This document shows, one piece after another, positions 10,028-21,339 of a DNA stretch of 64,000 nucleotides. A program made the translations under genes and the position numbers. Source of the stretch: Flavobacteriales bacterium. GTDB taxonomy: Bacteria > Bacteroidota > Bacteroidia > NS11-12g > UBA955. Below the pieces are notes generated by a model. That model had not been told where the DNA came from. It did not search any database and saw only the letters and a list, made by a program, of their open reading frames with translations. The DNA lies in the NCBI GenBank assembly GCA_947447955.1, contig CANFLS010000012.1, positions 2,946 through 66,945 of the forward strand. The letters run 5' to 3'. Numbering within the stretch: the stretch's first letter is position 1; every line of letters begins with the position of its first letter.

Positions 10028-13000
10028 ATGCGCAAAAACCCTACCCTAAGAACCATACAAAATTTAAAATCTTTGATTTTGATATTGTGTGTTTTTATGG
10101 GCAATTCAATAAAAGCGCAGTTAAACGGAAATTATACCATTGGAGGGGCATCGGGAGCCAACAACTATGCAACTTGGTCGGCATTTGCAACGGCTTATAA
10201 CACCAATGGGGTTTCAGGAAAAGTTACGGTTACTGTTTTATCAAACCAAAGAATAACATCGGCGGTTCAATTAACCCAACACGCCTCCTCACCCACCACG
10301 GCTACAAAACCCTTAATCATCAATGGCAACGGTTATAAAATAACAGGTAATTTTCTGTATGAAATGATCTATTTCAACGGCATTGATTATTGCACGTTAA
10401 AAAACCTTACCATTGTTGATTCATCAGCCAATAAGGCAATTGGAATAAGGCTTACAAATAATTCAAACGACAATTTAATAGACAGTTGCACCATCGTTTT
10501 TGCGGGATTGGCATCAACAGGCAGTGCCGATAATTGTGCCTATTTGGCACTTACAGCCTCAAACACCAATTTATCTTCGCTTGCAGCTCAAATAAACTGC
10601 AGCCGCTCAGTTTTTTCAAACAACATTTTCAAAACAAGCAATACCAATTCGCCAGGCCCAATGTTTGGAATATTAGAATTCCAAGCAGCAAGTTATACCA
10701 CTACTGCAATTAACAATAGCTATCAAAACAATGCAATTAGTAATTATTATTCAGTAGGTATTTCAATTAATTACACCAATGGTGTAATCATTCAAGGCAA
10801 CAAAATATCAAGAAATGATGCTACCTCTTTGTCGCCGATGGATACATTAACCAATGCCGCCATTAGGGTATCTCGAACGTATGAAAGTACTAGACTATCA
10901 TTTGTAAGTCAAAACATCATTGAGAATATCCCATTCAAAGGAGCCACTGGATCAAAACCCGGTAATTATTTGTTTAAATTTTTCGGCATCCAACTTAATT
11001 ATGTCAACAATGGATTTTTCAATTCCAAAAGATATAACCTAGAATGCCATGAAAATGTAATACAAAAAATAAATGCCAAAAATGTATTCAACGGTATTTA
11101 TCCCTCATTTTGTGTCAATTTAAAAATAAGGAAAAATATTATTCTGAATAATTACAGTTATCAAAACGCGAGTCCCATCTACTGTGCTTACAATTTAGGA
11201 CTTACCGAGGTAACCGAAAATCACGTAAAAACAAACAACTTTAATTCCCTCAATGGAAATACGGTATTTATTTGTTTCACTGCCAATAGCCAAACATTGA
11301 ATGACTCTTCCTTCGCCGCAAATAATCTGCTAGATTCCAATACAATTGGATCTGCTAGTTGTGGATTCTTATTGTCTAGTGAGAGATCTTCAATCTTACG
11401 TAATTCCATTTTAAACAATACCTTTCAAAATGGCACTAAAGATTACTATGGAATAAAATGCAGCAATTCTAGTATAAAAATCAATAGCAATTTGATTTTA
11501 AACAAAGGAGGATGTGGGAACTTTTATGCCATTCATCAAACCAACCCAAACAATAATTCCACCGAAATTACCCAAAACACCATTTATTTCAACGCAATTG
11601 ATACCACCAATTTTTGGGGGATTTATGTAACCAACGATGCCAATAAAATCCAAGGCAACATTATTCAAGCAAATGGCACAAACTCCGGTTATTTTATCAC
11701 GCTCATCAATCCTGCAAAAGCAACACCCGTAAACAACAACATGTATTTCGGGAAATTCACAAACTCCTATTGGCAGTTGTTTACCAATAAATACAATACG
11801 TTTAAACAATGGCAAAGCACAACGCTAGCTGGAAATAATGAACGCTTTGAAAATCCCAAATTCACCAATCCCAATTCCCTAAACTTCATACCCTTAAATA
11901 GCTATTGTCAAAATATTATGGCTCCCATTAAATATGCCACTTTCGATATTTACAACAATGCCAGAAATAAGAACTTAAGCGACATGGGTGCCATTGAATC
12001 AAGTATTGATTGCAAAGCAATTGGTTATAAATTTAACGTTCCTTCAAATGCTTGTGCAGGTACCCAATATGGACCTCTTACCATTTACGGAAAAAGCAAC
12101 TTCAATGATACAATTAACCAATTAAGCGTGGCTTTCAATGTGAACAACGCCAATGAAATTAATGAAATCATTACCCGTAAAATCAAACCCTACGATACCT
12201 TTTCATATACCTTCAACAACTACCCGAAGTTAATATCTACAGGCAAAAACACAATCAAAGTCTACATTCATCAAAATGACGACACATTATCAAACGACAC
12301 AGTTTCATTGAATGTGGTTACCATAAAATCTCCGGGTGGATCAACAGTTTCATTATTGGATAGCATAGTCAACAAAAACAAAACCATTTTAAAGAACAAT
12401 ACCATCATTACTTATAATGGATTAGAGACATTTTTCACCATTACCCCGCCGAGGAATTTGTCAAATTCAGATTATGGCATAAGCAACAAATGGTTTGCAA
12501 ATGCTGCGGTTTATTCAACATCAAACAAGATTATTTCGTCAACCGTTAATATTAATCCGCCAACCACTTCCAGTAACCTTATCATTGGTGTGAATGTAAA
12601 AGACTCTGCTTTTCAAGACAGCACAATATCCCTCAAAATCAAAATAGCAAATACAATTACAGGGTGCGATACCCTATATCAATTTCAACTAAAATTGCTA
12701 AAATTGCCAGATTTAAAAATCAACCACGGCAATAAAGTTTTCTGTTCTGGCGATACAATTTCATTTGACCATAACGGCATCAATTATCCAGAACAATTGA
12801 ATTATCACTGGAATTTTGGCACCAACAATAGTGCCGATACCTCTGCCGATTTATTTACAAAGTTTATCTATAAAAATGGTGGCGTATTTATTGTTTCGCT
12901 TACCGCGTATTTACCCAACATCCCATTCCAATTTTCAAGTTTCGACACCATCACTGTCAATACCAAACCTATTGTTAAATTCACTAAAGACAACGTTTGT

Positions 13001-14497
13001 CCCTCAGAACCATTGAAAATAAAAAACTTAACTGTGCCTTCCAATTCTAACATGTATTGGGACTTTAACGATGGTAAGGGATATATTCAAAAACAAGATT
13101 CCAGTTTTATGTTAACCATTAAAAATGCAGGCACTTACGTTTTTAGACTTAAAGCAAATAACAACGGTTGCATAGTTACGGCATCGCAAAATGTAAATAT
13201 TTTCGATGCGCCAACGGCTACTTTTTCGAAATTGTCTGGCAATTGCAACAATGAAAGTATCACCTATCAAAACAACTCTACAATTAAGAGCGGCAATCTA
13301 TATTTCAAATGGGAATTAGGAGAAAATAGCACCCTCAGTTTTGCCAAGAATCCGAGCATTAATTATTCATCGTCAGGGTATAAAAATGTAAAACTTACAG
13401 TGCGTTCTGATTTTGGTTGCGCTGATTCTTCTACCAAGTCAATTTACATAAAACCTGCACCTGTTGCGAACTTTACAAGTACCGATTTTTGTTTTATTCG
13501 ACCAACAGAATTTACAAATACAACTCCCAAAATACCTGGTAGTAAACCAACTTTTTTGTGGGATTTCGGAGGTGGCGACTTAAGTTACACCGAAAATGTT
13601 ACGCAAAGCTGGAATTCAGTGGGATTGAAAACTGTGACATTCAAAATCACCTTAGACAATGGCTGCTCCGACACCGTAAAACGTTATTTTTATGTACTCG
13701 AAGAAAGTACACCTAAATTTAACTTTACTTCTAAATGCTCAGGCGATACTACCCTTTTCAACAATAATTCTACCAATTCAAAAGGTACCCCCATGATTTA
13801 TAAATGGTACTTTGGCGATGGTGACTCATCTGAAAAAACAAACCCAATTCACATTTATAAAAATAGGTTTAACACTACCTATAATGTAAAATTAATCAGT
13901 CAAATAATTGATGGCTGCGCCACTTCGATAACAAAACCAGTCATAATAAATGGGCTTCCCAATACCTGCGGTTTTTTAGGTAATGCCGATTATGCCTTTG
14001 CCTTTTACGGAGTAAAATTAAATCCATTAGACGATAACGGTTTGGTTGGCGGAAGCAATGGCATTGATTATACTTGGACCGTCAATCAAAAAGACACCCA
14101 ATACAGCAAAGATGTAAACGCCATGGTAAACTATAATTTCAAAAAAGATACGTTTTATCTGGCATCAATGTTCGCAACCGACAGAAATACCGGTTGCAAA
14201 TGTACGAGAGAGAAACTGGTTATCATGAACAGGGCTACTGTTCAGAATTTGAACCAAGTTCAAATTTCAATTTCCCCAAATCCATCAACAGGTTTATTCA
14301 ATCTCAAATTGAATAAAAGCAATGCAAACTTGAAAGTTTACATCACCAATACAAATGGTCAGAAAATTCCAAGTCGTTTGATCCAAATAAATGATTCAAA
14401 TTACCAACTCGATTTGAAAGAAGAATCGAATGGGGTTTATTTTATGAAAATAACGGATACAAACTTTTCTAAGTTTGAAAAAATCACCAAGTATTAA
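10028..14497 (+). CDS. large T9SS-secreted protein: parallel beta-helix repeats, multiple PKD domains, type A CTD
   Basis: QLNGNYTIGG start, Asn-rich beta-helix region ending DMGAIE, repeated WxFGD PKD motifs, C-terminal ISPNPSTG...GVYFMKI. Start taken at ATG 10028. Confidence 0.85.
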   Translation: MRKNPTLRTIQNLKSLILILCVFMGNSIKAQLNGNYTIGGASGANNYATWSAFATAYNTNGVSGKVTVTVLSNQRITSAVQLTQHASSPTTATKPLIINGNGYKITGNFLYEMIYFNGIDYCTLKNLTIVDSSANKAIGIRLTNNSNDNLIDSCTIVFAGLASTGSADNCAYLALTASNTNLSSLAAQINCSRSVFSNNIFKTSNTNSPGPMFGILEFQAASYTTTAINNSYQNNAISNYYSVGISINYTNGVIIQGNKISRNDATSLSPMDTLTNAAIRVSRTYESTRLSFVSQNIIENIPFKGATGSKPGNYLFKFFGIQLNYVNNGFFNSKRYNLECHENVIQKINAKNVFNGIYPSFCVNLKIRKNIILNNYSYQNASPIYCAYNLGLTEVTENHVKTNNFNSLNGNTVFICFTANSQTLNDSSFAANNLLDSNTIGSASCGFLLSSERSSILRNSILNNTFQNGTKDYYGIKCSNSSIKINSNLILNKGGCGNFYAIHQTNPNNNSTEITQNTIYFNAIDTTNFWGIYVTNDANKIQGNIIQANGTNSGYFITLINPAKATPVNNNMYFGKFTNSYWQLFTNKYNTFKQWQSTTLAGNNERFENPKFTNPNSLNFIPLNSYCQNIMAPIKYATFDIYNNARNKNLSDMGAIESSIDCKAIGYKFNVPSNACAGTQYGPLTIYGKSNFNDTINQLSVAFNVNNANEINEIITRKIKPYDTFSYTFNNYPKLISTGKNTIKVYIHQNDDTLSNDTVSLNVVTIKSPGGSTVSLLDSIVNKNKTILKNNTIITYNGLETFFTITPPRNLSNSDYGISNKWFANAAVYSTSNKIISSTVNINPPTTSSNLIIGVNVKDSAFQDSTISLKIKIANTITGCDTLYQFQLKLLKLPDLKINHGNKVFCSGDTISFDHNGINYPEQLNYHWNFGTNNSADTSADLFTKFIYKNGGVFIVSLTAYLPNIPFQFSSFDTITVNTKPIVKFTKDNVCPSEPLKIKNLTVPSNSNMYWDFNDGKGYIQKQDSSFMLTIKNAGTYVFRLKANNNGCIVTASQNVNIFDAPTATFSKLSGNCNNESITYQNNSTIKSGNLYFKWELGENSTLSFAKNPSINYSSSGYKNVKLTVRSDFGCADSSTKSIYIKPAPVANFTSTDFCFIRPTEFTNTTPKIPGSKPTFLWDFGGGDLSYTENVTQSWNSVGLKTVTFKITLDNGCSDTVKRYFYVLEESTPKFNFTSKCSGDTTLFNNNSTNSKGTPMIYKWYFGDGDSSEKTNPIHIYKNRFNTTYNVKLISQIIDGCATSITKPVIINGLPNTCGFLGNADYAFAFYGVKLNPLDDNGLVGGSNGIDYTWTVNQKDTQYSKDVNAMVNYNFKKDTFYLASMFATDRNTGCKCTREKLVIMNRATVQNLNQVQISISPNPSTGLFNLKLNKSNANLKVYITNTNGQKIPSRLIQINDSNYQLDLKEESNGVYFMKITDTNFSKFEKITKY

Positions 14498-14584
14498 CTT
14501 GCCATTTTAAATCATTTCTTTTTCTTTTGTGGAAGAAAATCTATAAAAAATATAATTATTGTACTTTTTACAATAATTAATTTT

Positions 14585-14592
14585 TATATTTG
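14585..14592 (+). promoter_or_regulatory. Bacteroidota -7 promoter box (TAnnTTTG)
   Basis: TATATTTG 10 nt upstream of the 14603 start. Confidence 0.5.
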
Positions 14593-14602
14593 TTTTATCA
14601 CT

Positions 14603-16027
14603 ATGCCCAAAGCTAAGATTCATAAAGATTTTCTTCAAAATATAAAGGAGAAAACCATATCCCATAATCAATCAATTTTGTATTCAACTTTGTTGATTTT
14701 ATTTTCGTTTCTATCTATTTTTTCTCTCAACGCTCAGGCTATTAAAGTTGAAGTTGTAAAGACCGAAAATGGCTACCAATTTTTACGCGGTGGGCAACCT
14801 TATTACGTTATTGGCGCCGGTGGTGAAACCCACCTTGACGTGGTGAAAAAGATTGGTGGCAACTCTATCAGAACTTGGGGCGTTGATAATGCACAAGAAA
14901 TTTTAGACAATGCACAAAAAAACGGCCTTACCGTAATGCTAGGATTTTGGGTACAGCATGAACGCCACGGATTCGACTATAACAACGAAGAAAAAGTAAA
15001 AAAACAACTTGAACATTTCAAACGTGTCATTGACCAATTTAAAAACCATCCAGCTTTGCTTATGTGGGGAATTGGAAACGAAGTAGATTTGTTTTATAGC
15101 AATCCCAAAGTTTGGAATGCCATTCAAGATATTGCCAAATACGCCCATCAGGTAGACCCAAACCACCCTACTTCAACAGTTACCGCAGGTTTGGATTCTT
15201 TGGAAGTAGATCATATCAAACAAAGAGCTCCAGACATTGATGTTTACTGCGTAAACACCTATGGCGACATTGGAAACGTACCAAACAACATTTACAAATA
15301 CGGTTGGACCGGCCCTTACATGATTACAGAATGGGGACCAAATGGACATTGGGAATCACCTACAACCTCTTGGGGTGCGGCAATTGAACAAAGCAGTACT
15401 GAAAAGTCAGATGTTTATTTTACCCGTTACAAAAAATACATCGAAGCATATAAAAACAGATGTTTGGGATCTTATGTTTTTTTGTGGGGACAAAAACAAG
15501 AATACACCCTAACATGGTATGGTTTGTTTACGAAAGACCAAATGCAAACAGAAGCTATTGACGCACTTGAAATAGCATGGACAGGTAAAAATCCAACTTT
15601 TGCAACACCTACCATCACTTCATTCACCATTAACAACAAAAAGGCCATTGAAAGTCCAACGATGATGGCAAATACCACCAATTTTGCAACGGCAATTACC
15701 CCTTTAAACTGTTATCAGCTTACAAATTGCGATAGCAGTGACAAGCAAATTACTTACAAGATATTGCGCGAAAGTTCCGATAAAAAAGCAGGTGGTGATG
15801 TTGAAAACGAAGCGGAAGAAGTCCCTACAAAATTTAAGGTTTCAAAAAACGGAAAGGTTATTTTTGATGCACCCAATGAAACAGGGGCTTATAGATTGTT
15901 TGTAACCATAATATACAAAGAAAAAGTGGCATATGCAAATTGTCCGTTTACAGTAACACCAAATCCGAAAAGAGGAAATGGCAAAAAAGTATGGCTAAAG
16001 AAATGGGAAATGGGATCCTTTGAATAA
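14603..16027 (+). CDS. clan GH-A glycoside hydrolase (GH158-like / GH2 TIM-barrel annotation), putative beta-1,3-glucanase
   Basis: GAGG, NSIRTW, MWGIGNE (acid/base) and ITEWGP (nucleophile) motifs. Exact family unverified. Confidence 0.75.
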   Translation: MPKAKIHKDFLQNIKEKTISHNQSILYSTLLILFSFLSIFSLNAQAIKVEVVKTENGYQFLRGGQPYYVIGAGGETHLDVVKKIGGNSIRTWGVDNAQEILDNAQKNGLTVMLGFWVQHERHGFDYNNEEKVKKQLEHFKRVIDQFKNHPALLMWGIGNEVDLFYSNPKVWNAIQDIAKYAHQVDPNHPTSTVTAGLDSLEVDHIKQRAPDIDVYCVNTYGDIGNVPNNIYKYGWTGPYMITEWGPNGHWESPTTSWGAAIEQSSTEKSDVYFTRYKKYIEAYKNRCLGSYVFLWGQKQEYTLTWYGLFTKDQMQTEAIDALEIAWTGKNPTFATPTITSFTINNKKAIESPTMMANTTNFATAITPLNCYQLTNCDSSDKQITYKILRESSDKKAGGDVENEAEEVPTKFKVSKNGKVIFDAPNETGAYRLFVTIIYKEKVAYANCPFTVTPNPKRGNGKKVWLKKWEMGSFE

Positions 16028-16028
16028 C

Positions 16029-17906
16029 ATGAAAATAAAATTACTCACTGGAATTGTACTTATCCCGAATTTGATTTTTGCTCAACTTGGAAGTTCTGCA
16101 AATACTGACAGCATCTACCCCGCTCATTTACAAAGAAGGGTAAATGTAACTGGGGTGTTTCCAAAAGAACCAATCAAAAAACTCGAAAACTTCAGTATTT
16201 CTGGATACTATCGATTTATTACCAACGTAAGAAAATTGGATGTGGCTTATGCCGAACAGGCCAAAACGCCAGTCAATATTTTTGTTGGTGACGATGGTCA
16301 AATTCCACAACTTTCGCTAAATATGGCGGGAAGCGTTTCAGCAACAACCCGTTTCTCAACAGATTTTTATTTGTGGACACCCATGATGGGTGGCGGAATG
16401 CCAGAAAACGTGAAAGGATTAAACTTAGGGGTTAGTTTGAATGGATCACATTCAACCAGCTATGGCAATTTCGAAATCCAATGTGGTGGTATCAATTGGT
16501 ACGCCCTCTCCCCTTTTACATTTCATACCAACCAAGGTTATAACCGATATAGTTTGTTTGAAAGAAATCCTTGGGATCCAAGAACAAAAAACATCGACGA
16601 CCGTTACAACAGCTTTTACACCCAAGGTGCATTAAACCAAGATTTGCGTTGGGGAAATCAAGCTTTCCAAGGTGTTATTTTTGAGGGAAATGATTTACCG
16701 AATGGATTTTCAACTTCAATCATGTTTGGTAAAACCCAGTTAAACGGAGGAATGATGGCTTTGCCAAATCAATCTTATGGTGGTAAATTGAAAAAGCTAA
16801 TTGGAACTGGTAACGTCACTTTCAATTCGTTTAACAACCAAAGTTACACAGACAGTTTGATACAACATGGAGTTGGTTTTAACATCCATACTCTGACGTT
16901 TGAGCAAACGTTCTTAGGATTGAAAATCTCAGGTGAAACAGGTGCTGGCAGATACTTTAGTCCCTCAACACAACGAGGATGGGGCGAAGCAATAAGTGTG
17001 AAATTAAATACCCCAGCCAAATACACGTTAATACCTTTACAGTTTCATTACTTTCAAATTAGTCCTAAAGTGTTAAACAACAGTTCTGTTTTTTGGAACT
17101 CTTCAATTAGGGAAGGAAACACAAGTTCTAACAATTCTAGCGATCAAATCGTATTGGCGCCGTTTGCGAGTGCATTGACTCAGGTTGGACAAGTTACCAA
17201 TAACAGAAAGGGATTTGAAATCAACAGTGAATTCGAAGTGAAGAAATTCAAATTCAATTTGGGATATTCTAACAGCCGTGAAATTGAAAATATTTCATCT
17301 CAGCTTACCTACGGACATCCAGTAAACGGATTGGCTTTGTCTAGATTTTGGCGTTGGGGATTTCCTGCAAATGTGGGTCCTTACGGAAACTTAACCAAGG
17401 TCTACCGCAGTGTATTTGAAACAGTGAATCTAACCGACGTAACACCCACCAAGCAACCATTAAATACGAAGTATTTCAATGTTTTGGAAGTGAATGCCAA
17501 ATACAGAACTAAAATCTTAAATAAAGATTTATATATAAACTACTTGGGAAGCTATTCTTCGGTACAGAATTTCTATTCAAACGTTACAGTATTTACCGAA
17601 AAAGCATATTTGAGGGCTTATTACCACCAATTAGAAGCTTATTTGAAATTAACAAAGCGCGTTGTTTGGACAAACTATGCCGGCTGGGAGCGCATCATTG
17701 CCAATTACGATACTGAAATCAATGCAGTTACAAGAAGGCCAAGAAACCAAACGGGTTATGGATTTGCAACCGGTTTAGATATTGAAATGAGCAAAGGTGC
17801 TGGATTATACCTCAGACAAAGATGGATGGATTATTACGACAGTAGTTTTCCGAATAACAAATATTCAGGTTGGGAATCAACCGTTGAAGTTAAAATTTTC
17901 TTTTAA
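16029..17906 (+). CDS. hypothetical outer-membrane (beta-barrel-like) protein
   Basis: Signal peptide, amphipathic beta pattern, C-terminal VEVKIFF. Confidence 0.7.
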   Translation: MKIKLLTGIVLIPNLIFAQLGSSANTDSIYPAHLQRRVNVTGVFPKEPIKKLENFSISGYYRFITNVRKLDVAYAEQAKTPVNIFVGDDGQIPQLSLNMAGSVSATTRFSTDFYLWTPMMGGGMPENVKGLNLGVSLNGSHSTSYGNFEIQCGGINWYALSPFTFHTNQGYNRYSLFERNPWDPRTKNIDDRYNSFYTQGALNQDLRWGNQAFQGVIFEGNDLPNGFSTSIMFGKTQLNGGMMALPNQSYGGKLKKLIGTGNVTFNSFNNQSYTDSLIQHGVGFNIHTLTFEQTFLGLKISGETGAGRYFSPSTQRGWGEAISVKLNTPAKYTLIPLQFHYFQISPKVLNNSSVFWNSSIREGNTSSNNSSDQIVLAPFASALTQVGQVTNNRKGFEINSEFEVKKFKFNLGYSNSREIENISSQLTYGHPVNGLALSRFWRWGFPANVGPYGNLTKVYRSVFETVNLTDVTPTKQPLNTKYFNVLEVNAKYRTKILNKDLYINYLGSYSSVQNFYSNVTVFTEKAYLRAYYHQLEAYLKLTKRVVWTNYAGWERIIANYDTEINAVTRRPRNQTGYGFATGLDIEMSKGAGLYLRQRWMDYYDSSFPNNKYSGWESTVEVKIFF

Positions 17907-17911
17907 AATAA

Positions 17912-19630
17912 ATGAACATGCTTAAAGCGAAACATATTATCATTTTATTTACTTCATGGGCATTTAATGGCAATGCACAAATTTCTCCAAAGGTGAAAAT
18001 TACCGGCGGCGCAAGAAGTATTATAAACAATCAAAATATTCAAGTGAATGATTCTATTCCCGATAAAACAACGCCAAAAGGCAATGCCGGAGGGTATGCG
18101 TTGATCGATTTGGGATTTAATATCTCTCCAAATAAAAATACCGAAATTTTGGGAATGATTCGTATCAAAAACCAATACGGTGGATTTTTTGGCGGTGGAG
18201 TATCTTTTGATGTACGTCAACTTTGGGTAAAAGGTATTATTGCCGATGCGGTTCGCTACCAACTTGGGGATATAAATTTGAAACAAACACCTTTCACCTT
18301 CTACAACAACAACGAAGATTTGCTAATCAATCAAAATCCTGTTACCAAAATGCAACAGGAAATTGTGAATTACGAAACGTTTTATAAAAACAATACTTGG
18401 CGCCAACAAGGTGCGTCTATTGATTTTGGTTTAAATTTCTCAAAATACCTTCAAGAAATCAATGTAAACGGTTATTTAACCCGTTTGAACATGACAAACT
18501 TTGGAAACGTTCCTGAGCGTTTGTTTGGTGGATCAACGGTTGATTTCATTGTAAACGATCATTTAAGTGCCCAATACAATTTGAGCAGTGTTTTTGATGT
18601 TACTGGAACTGGAACAGATTCTAATTCATTTAGAAACATTGTTCAAACTGGAGCTTTCAAATATGCCAATACGTTTAAAAACTACCCAATTGTGTTGAAA
18701 GGTGAATTTGGAAATTCTTCAATGTATTACACAGTAGATCCTAAGGCACCGAAATTGAACGACTTCTTTTTGAATCCTTCAGCGCAAATAAGCTTTCCTA
18801 AGTTGAATATCGATTTGGAATTGGGTTATTTGAACGTAGGGCCTGATTTCAGAAGTCCTGGAGCACAATCAAAGCGCATCAATTACAATTCAGCGTTAAC
18901 CAGTTTTGGTTTGTACAAACAAACACAAGCCGACCGTCCAGTGAGCCTCGGCGACATTATGGGCGACAACAAACTGTACAACAATGGCATTAGCAATAAA
19001 ATCATGGCCTACCATCCGTTAATCAACAATGTATTGCCTTATGGTTTGGCTACATTTAACAGAAATGGGGCTTATGGAATTGCAAAATGGTCAAACAAAG
19101 AAAAAGGTTTGTCAGCCGATTGGGCACATTACCAATTGAGTGAGATTCGTGGACAAGGAACAAAAAACTTAAAGAAATATACCATGAGCAACCTTCAGTT
19201 GGGTTGGAATCTTTCTAAAGTGTTAAAATTGAAAAAGTCCCTCAAAATATCTACTGCAGTTTCATACCAACAAACAAGCCGTACGGGTGAGTTTTCGTAT
19301 GAAAAAGTTGATTTACAATCTATTCAATCTGCATTTGGATTTGAGTGGGAATTTGCAAAGCAATTGGAATTGGTTGGTGGTTACACCGGATTGCAAGGTA
19401 AAGGGCACGATCAAATGTCGAGCAGAAATTTCTATACCGAAGTTACCGATTTCAAAGATTACAATGTAAATTTGAGTGAATCGATTACCGCAGTGGGTTT
19501 GAGATTCCGTTTTACAGAGAAAGCTTATTTTGGAATTATGTACCAAAGTTTTAATTACGATAACAAAGCCCAGGCTTTTGACAATTATAAAATCAATCAA
19601 ACTTTAATCATTTACAATTTATTATTCTAA
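17912..19630 (+). CDS. hypothetical outer-membrane (beta-barrel-like) protein
   Basis: Signal peptide, beta-strand pattern, C-terminal IIYNLLF. Confidence 0.7.
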   Translation: MNMLKAKHIIILFTSWAFNGNAQISPKVKITGGARSIINNQNIQVNDSIPDKTTPKGNAGGYALIDLGFNISPNKNTEILGMIRIKNQYGGFFGGGVSFDVRQLWVKGIIADAVRYQLGDINLKQTPFTFYNNNEDLLINQNPVTKMQQEIVNYETFYKNNTWRQQGASIDFGLNFSKYLQEINVNGYLTRLNMTNFGNVPERLFGGSTVDFIVNDHLSAQYNLSSVFDVTGTGTDSNSFRNIVQTGAFKYANTFKNYPIVLKGEFGNSSMYYTVDPKAPKLNDFFLNPSAQISFPKLNIDLELGYLNVGPDFRSPGAQSKRINYNSALTSFGLYKQTQADRPVSLGDIMGDNKLYNNGISNKIMAYHPLINNVLPYGLATFNRNGAYGIAKWSNKEKGLSADWAHYQLSEIRGQGTKNLKKYTMSNLQLGWNLSKVLKLKKSLKISTAVSYQQTSRTGEFSYEKVDLQSIQSAFGFEWEFAKQLELVGGYTGLQGKGHDQMSSRNFYTEVTDFKDYNVNLSESITAVGLRFRFTEKAYFGIMYQSFNYDNKAQAFDNYKINQTLIIYNLLF

Positions 19631-19632
19631 CC

Positions 19633-20640
19633 ATGAAACGCCTTATATATATTGTTGTTGCAGTGTTAACTTTAAACAGTTGCAAACGTGAACAAATGCC
19701 TTACGAAGGTCCGAATTTGCAAGATTTAAATGGTACTTTCGGGTTTTTATCGGCTTTTAAGTCAGATAAAACCACTGTTGATTTTTCTAAAACAGAAGTT
19801 GTAAATTTCTCAGCGGAATTCACAAAAATCTGTGCATGGAAAATTGAAATCAAAGGCAAAACCAGTGGAGCTAAAAAAGTGTTAGAAGGAAAATCAAGAA
19901 ATCTTGAAGCACCTTTGTCAACTTGGAATGGAACTACTACATTTTTCCCCATGTTTAAAAATGAGAATTGTGTGGCTACCCTAAAAATTGAAGGTGTTAC
20001 AGATACATTTAATTTGAATATCAATGTTACAGGACTAAAAACACCGTCAGGATTTGTAGTTGCCAATTTCGAAACAGGCATCAGCACAAAATGGACAACG
20101 TTCATTCAAAGCGGTGCAAGTATGGATTTTAAAATCCACAATGACAAATACACCATTGAAGGTTCTAATTATTTGAATATGGGTGGAATTGTAAACTGGG
20201 ATTGGTTAATTGGTTTAATAGATTTTCCAGCTACCGCTTATGGAAATGGAACAGTTAAAACCTTCCCTGTTACCTCAATTGCCGATGATGTTTATTTCAA
20301 CTGCTTAATTTATGGAGTACCTAATTCAAACCCATCGCATGTTTTGTTTCAATTTAAAGAAGATGATAACGGCAACGGCACATTTGAATCGTCAGCAGAC
20401 GATGAATACGACAAAGAAATCATTGTAAATTGGGAAGGTTGGAAATTGGTTAGTTTCAAATACAACAGCATGGTCCGCTTGGTAAATGGAACCCCAGCGG
20501 TAAACAATGGAAACAGCAAATTCAATCCCAATTCAATCAATAAAATATCCATGCTTCATTTGGCAAATCCTGCAAACGGCGCCGGAAGTACAAAAATTGA
20601 TTGCATTATGTTCACTGAAAAAGGTCCTTTAGAATTATAA
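19633..20640 (+). CDS. lipoprotein with CBM11-like carbohydrate-binding domain
   Basis: Lipobox LNSC; VVANFE...VNWEGWKLVSFKY...IDCIMFT galactose-binding-like fold signature. Confidence 0.6.
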   Translation: MKRLIYIVVAVLTLNSCKREQMPYEGPNLQDLNGTFGFLSAFKSDKTTVDFSKTEVVNFSAEFTKICAWKIEIKGKTSGAKKVLEGKSRNLEAPLSTWNGTTTFFPMFKNENCVATLKIEGVTDTFNLNINVTGLKTPSGFVVANFETGISTKWTTFIQSGASMDFKIHNDKYTIEGSNYLNMGGIVNWDWLIGLIDFPATAYGNGTVKTFPVTSIADDVYFNCLIYGVPNSNPSHVLFQFKEDDNGNGTFESSADDEYDKEIIVNWEGWKLVSFKYNSMVRLVNGTPAVNNGNSKFNPNSINKISMLHLANPANGAGSTKIDCIMFTEKGPLEL

Positions 20641-21336
20641 ATGAAAACCATTCTTTCACTTTGTCTTTTTTTATTGAGTGGTTTTGTTTTTTCACAAAAC
20701 GATTCTGCCCAATTTCATAAAATGGATACCATTTCTTTGAATGGAAAACTGTTATCTTTCCAAAACAGAAGCTTGTACGATATTCAGGAAGAAGCAGACA
20801 AAGAGAACATCAATGGATTTTACGCTTTAGAAATTTTCAACGAAAACATAGACAAACAAGTTTGGGCATCCCCAGAAAAGAATTGCGTACAATTTTCACC
20901 TGAAAACACACTTGTTTTTGAGGGAAAAAATGCCTTGCATGTAAATTGGGATAAAATTTCAGGTGGCTGCATTTGGGCTGGAATGGGATTTGGTTGGGAC
21001 AATTGGAGACCCAAAGATATTTCTGCAATTATTGATACAGCAGGTATAGAAATTTATTTCTATTCTCCAGGCACAGACCTAAACAATTTGCCTTTGGCAT
21101 TTGCCATAGAAGATTATTCTGGATCACAAGCCTATGTTGGTTATGCTCCAAAATATCTAACATCCCCAAAAATCAAAGCCAATACTTGGAATAGCTTTAT
21201 TTTGCCGCTGAAGGATTTTCCTTTCACTGCCACCCAAACAGATCCTGGCAATACCAAACAATTCATCATTCAATTCGAAGCAGATGGAAATATCATCTTC
21301 GATAAGATTAAAATAGTATCCCTCAATAAAAAATAA
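20641..21336 (+). CDS. secreted CBM-like protein
   Basis: Signal peptide; WAGMGFGWDNW, WNSFILPLKDF and IIFDKIKIV typical of beta-sandwich CBMs. Confidence 0.55.
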   Translation: MKTILSLCLFLLSGFVFSQNDSAQFHKMDTISLNGKLLSFQNRSLYDIQEEADKENINGFYALEIFNENIDKQVWASPEKNCVQFSPENTLVFEGKNALHVNWDKISGGCIWAGMGFGWDNWRPKDISAIIDTAGIEIYFYSPGTDLNNLPLAFAIEDYSGSQAYVGYAPKYLTSPKIKANTWNSFILPLKDFPFTATQTDPGNTKQFIIQFEADGNIIFDKIKIVSLNKK

Positions 21337-21339
21337 AAC

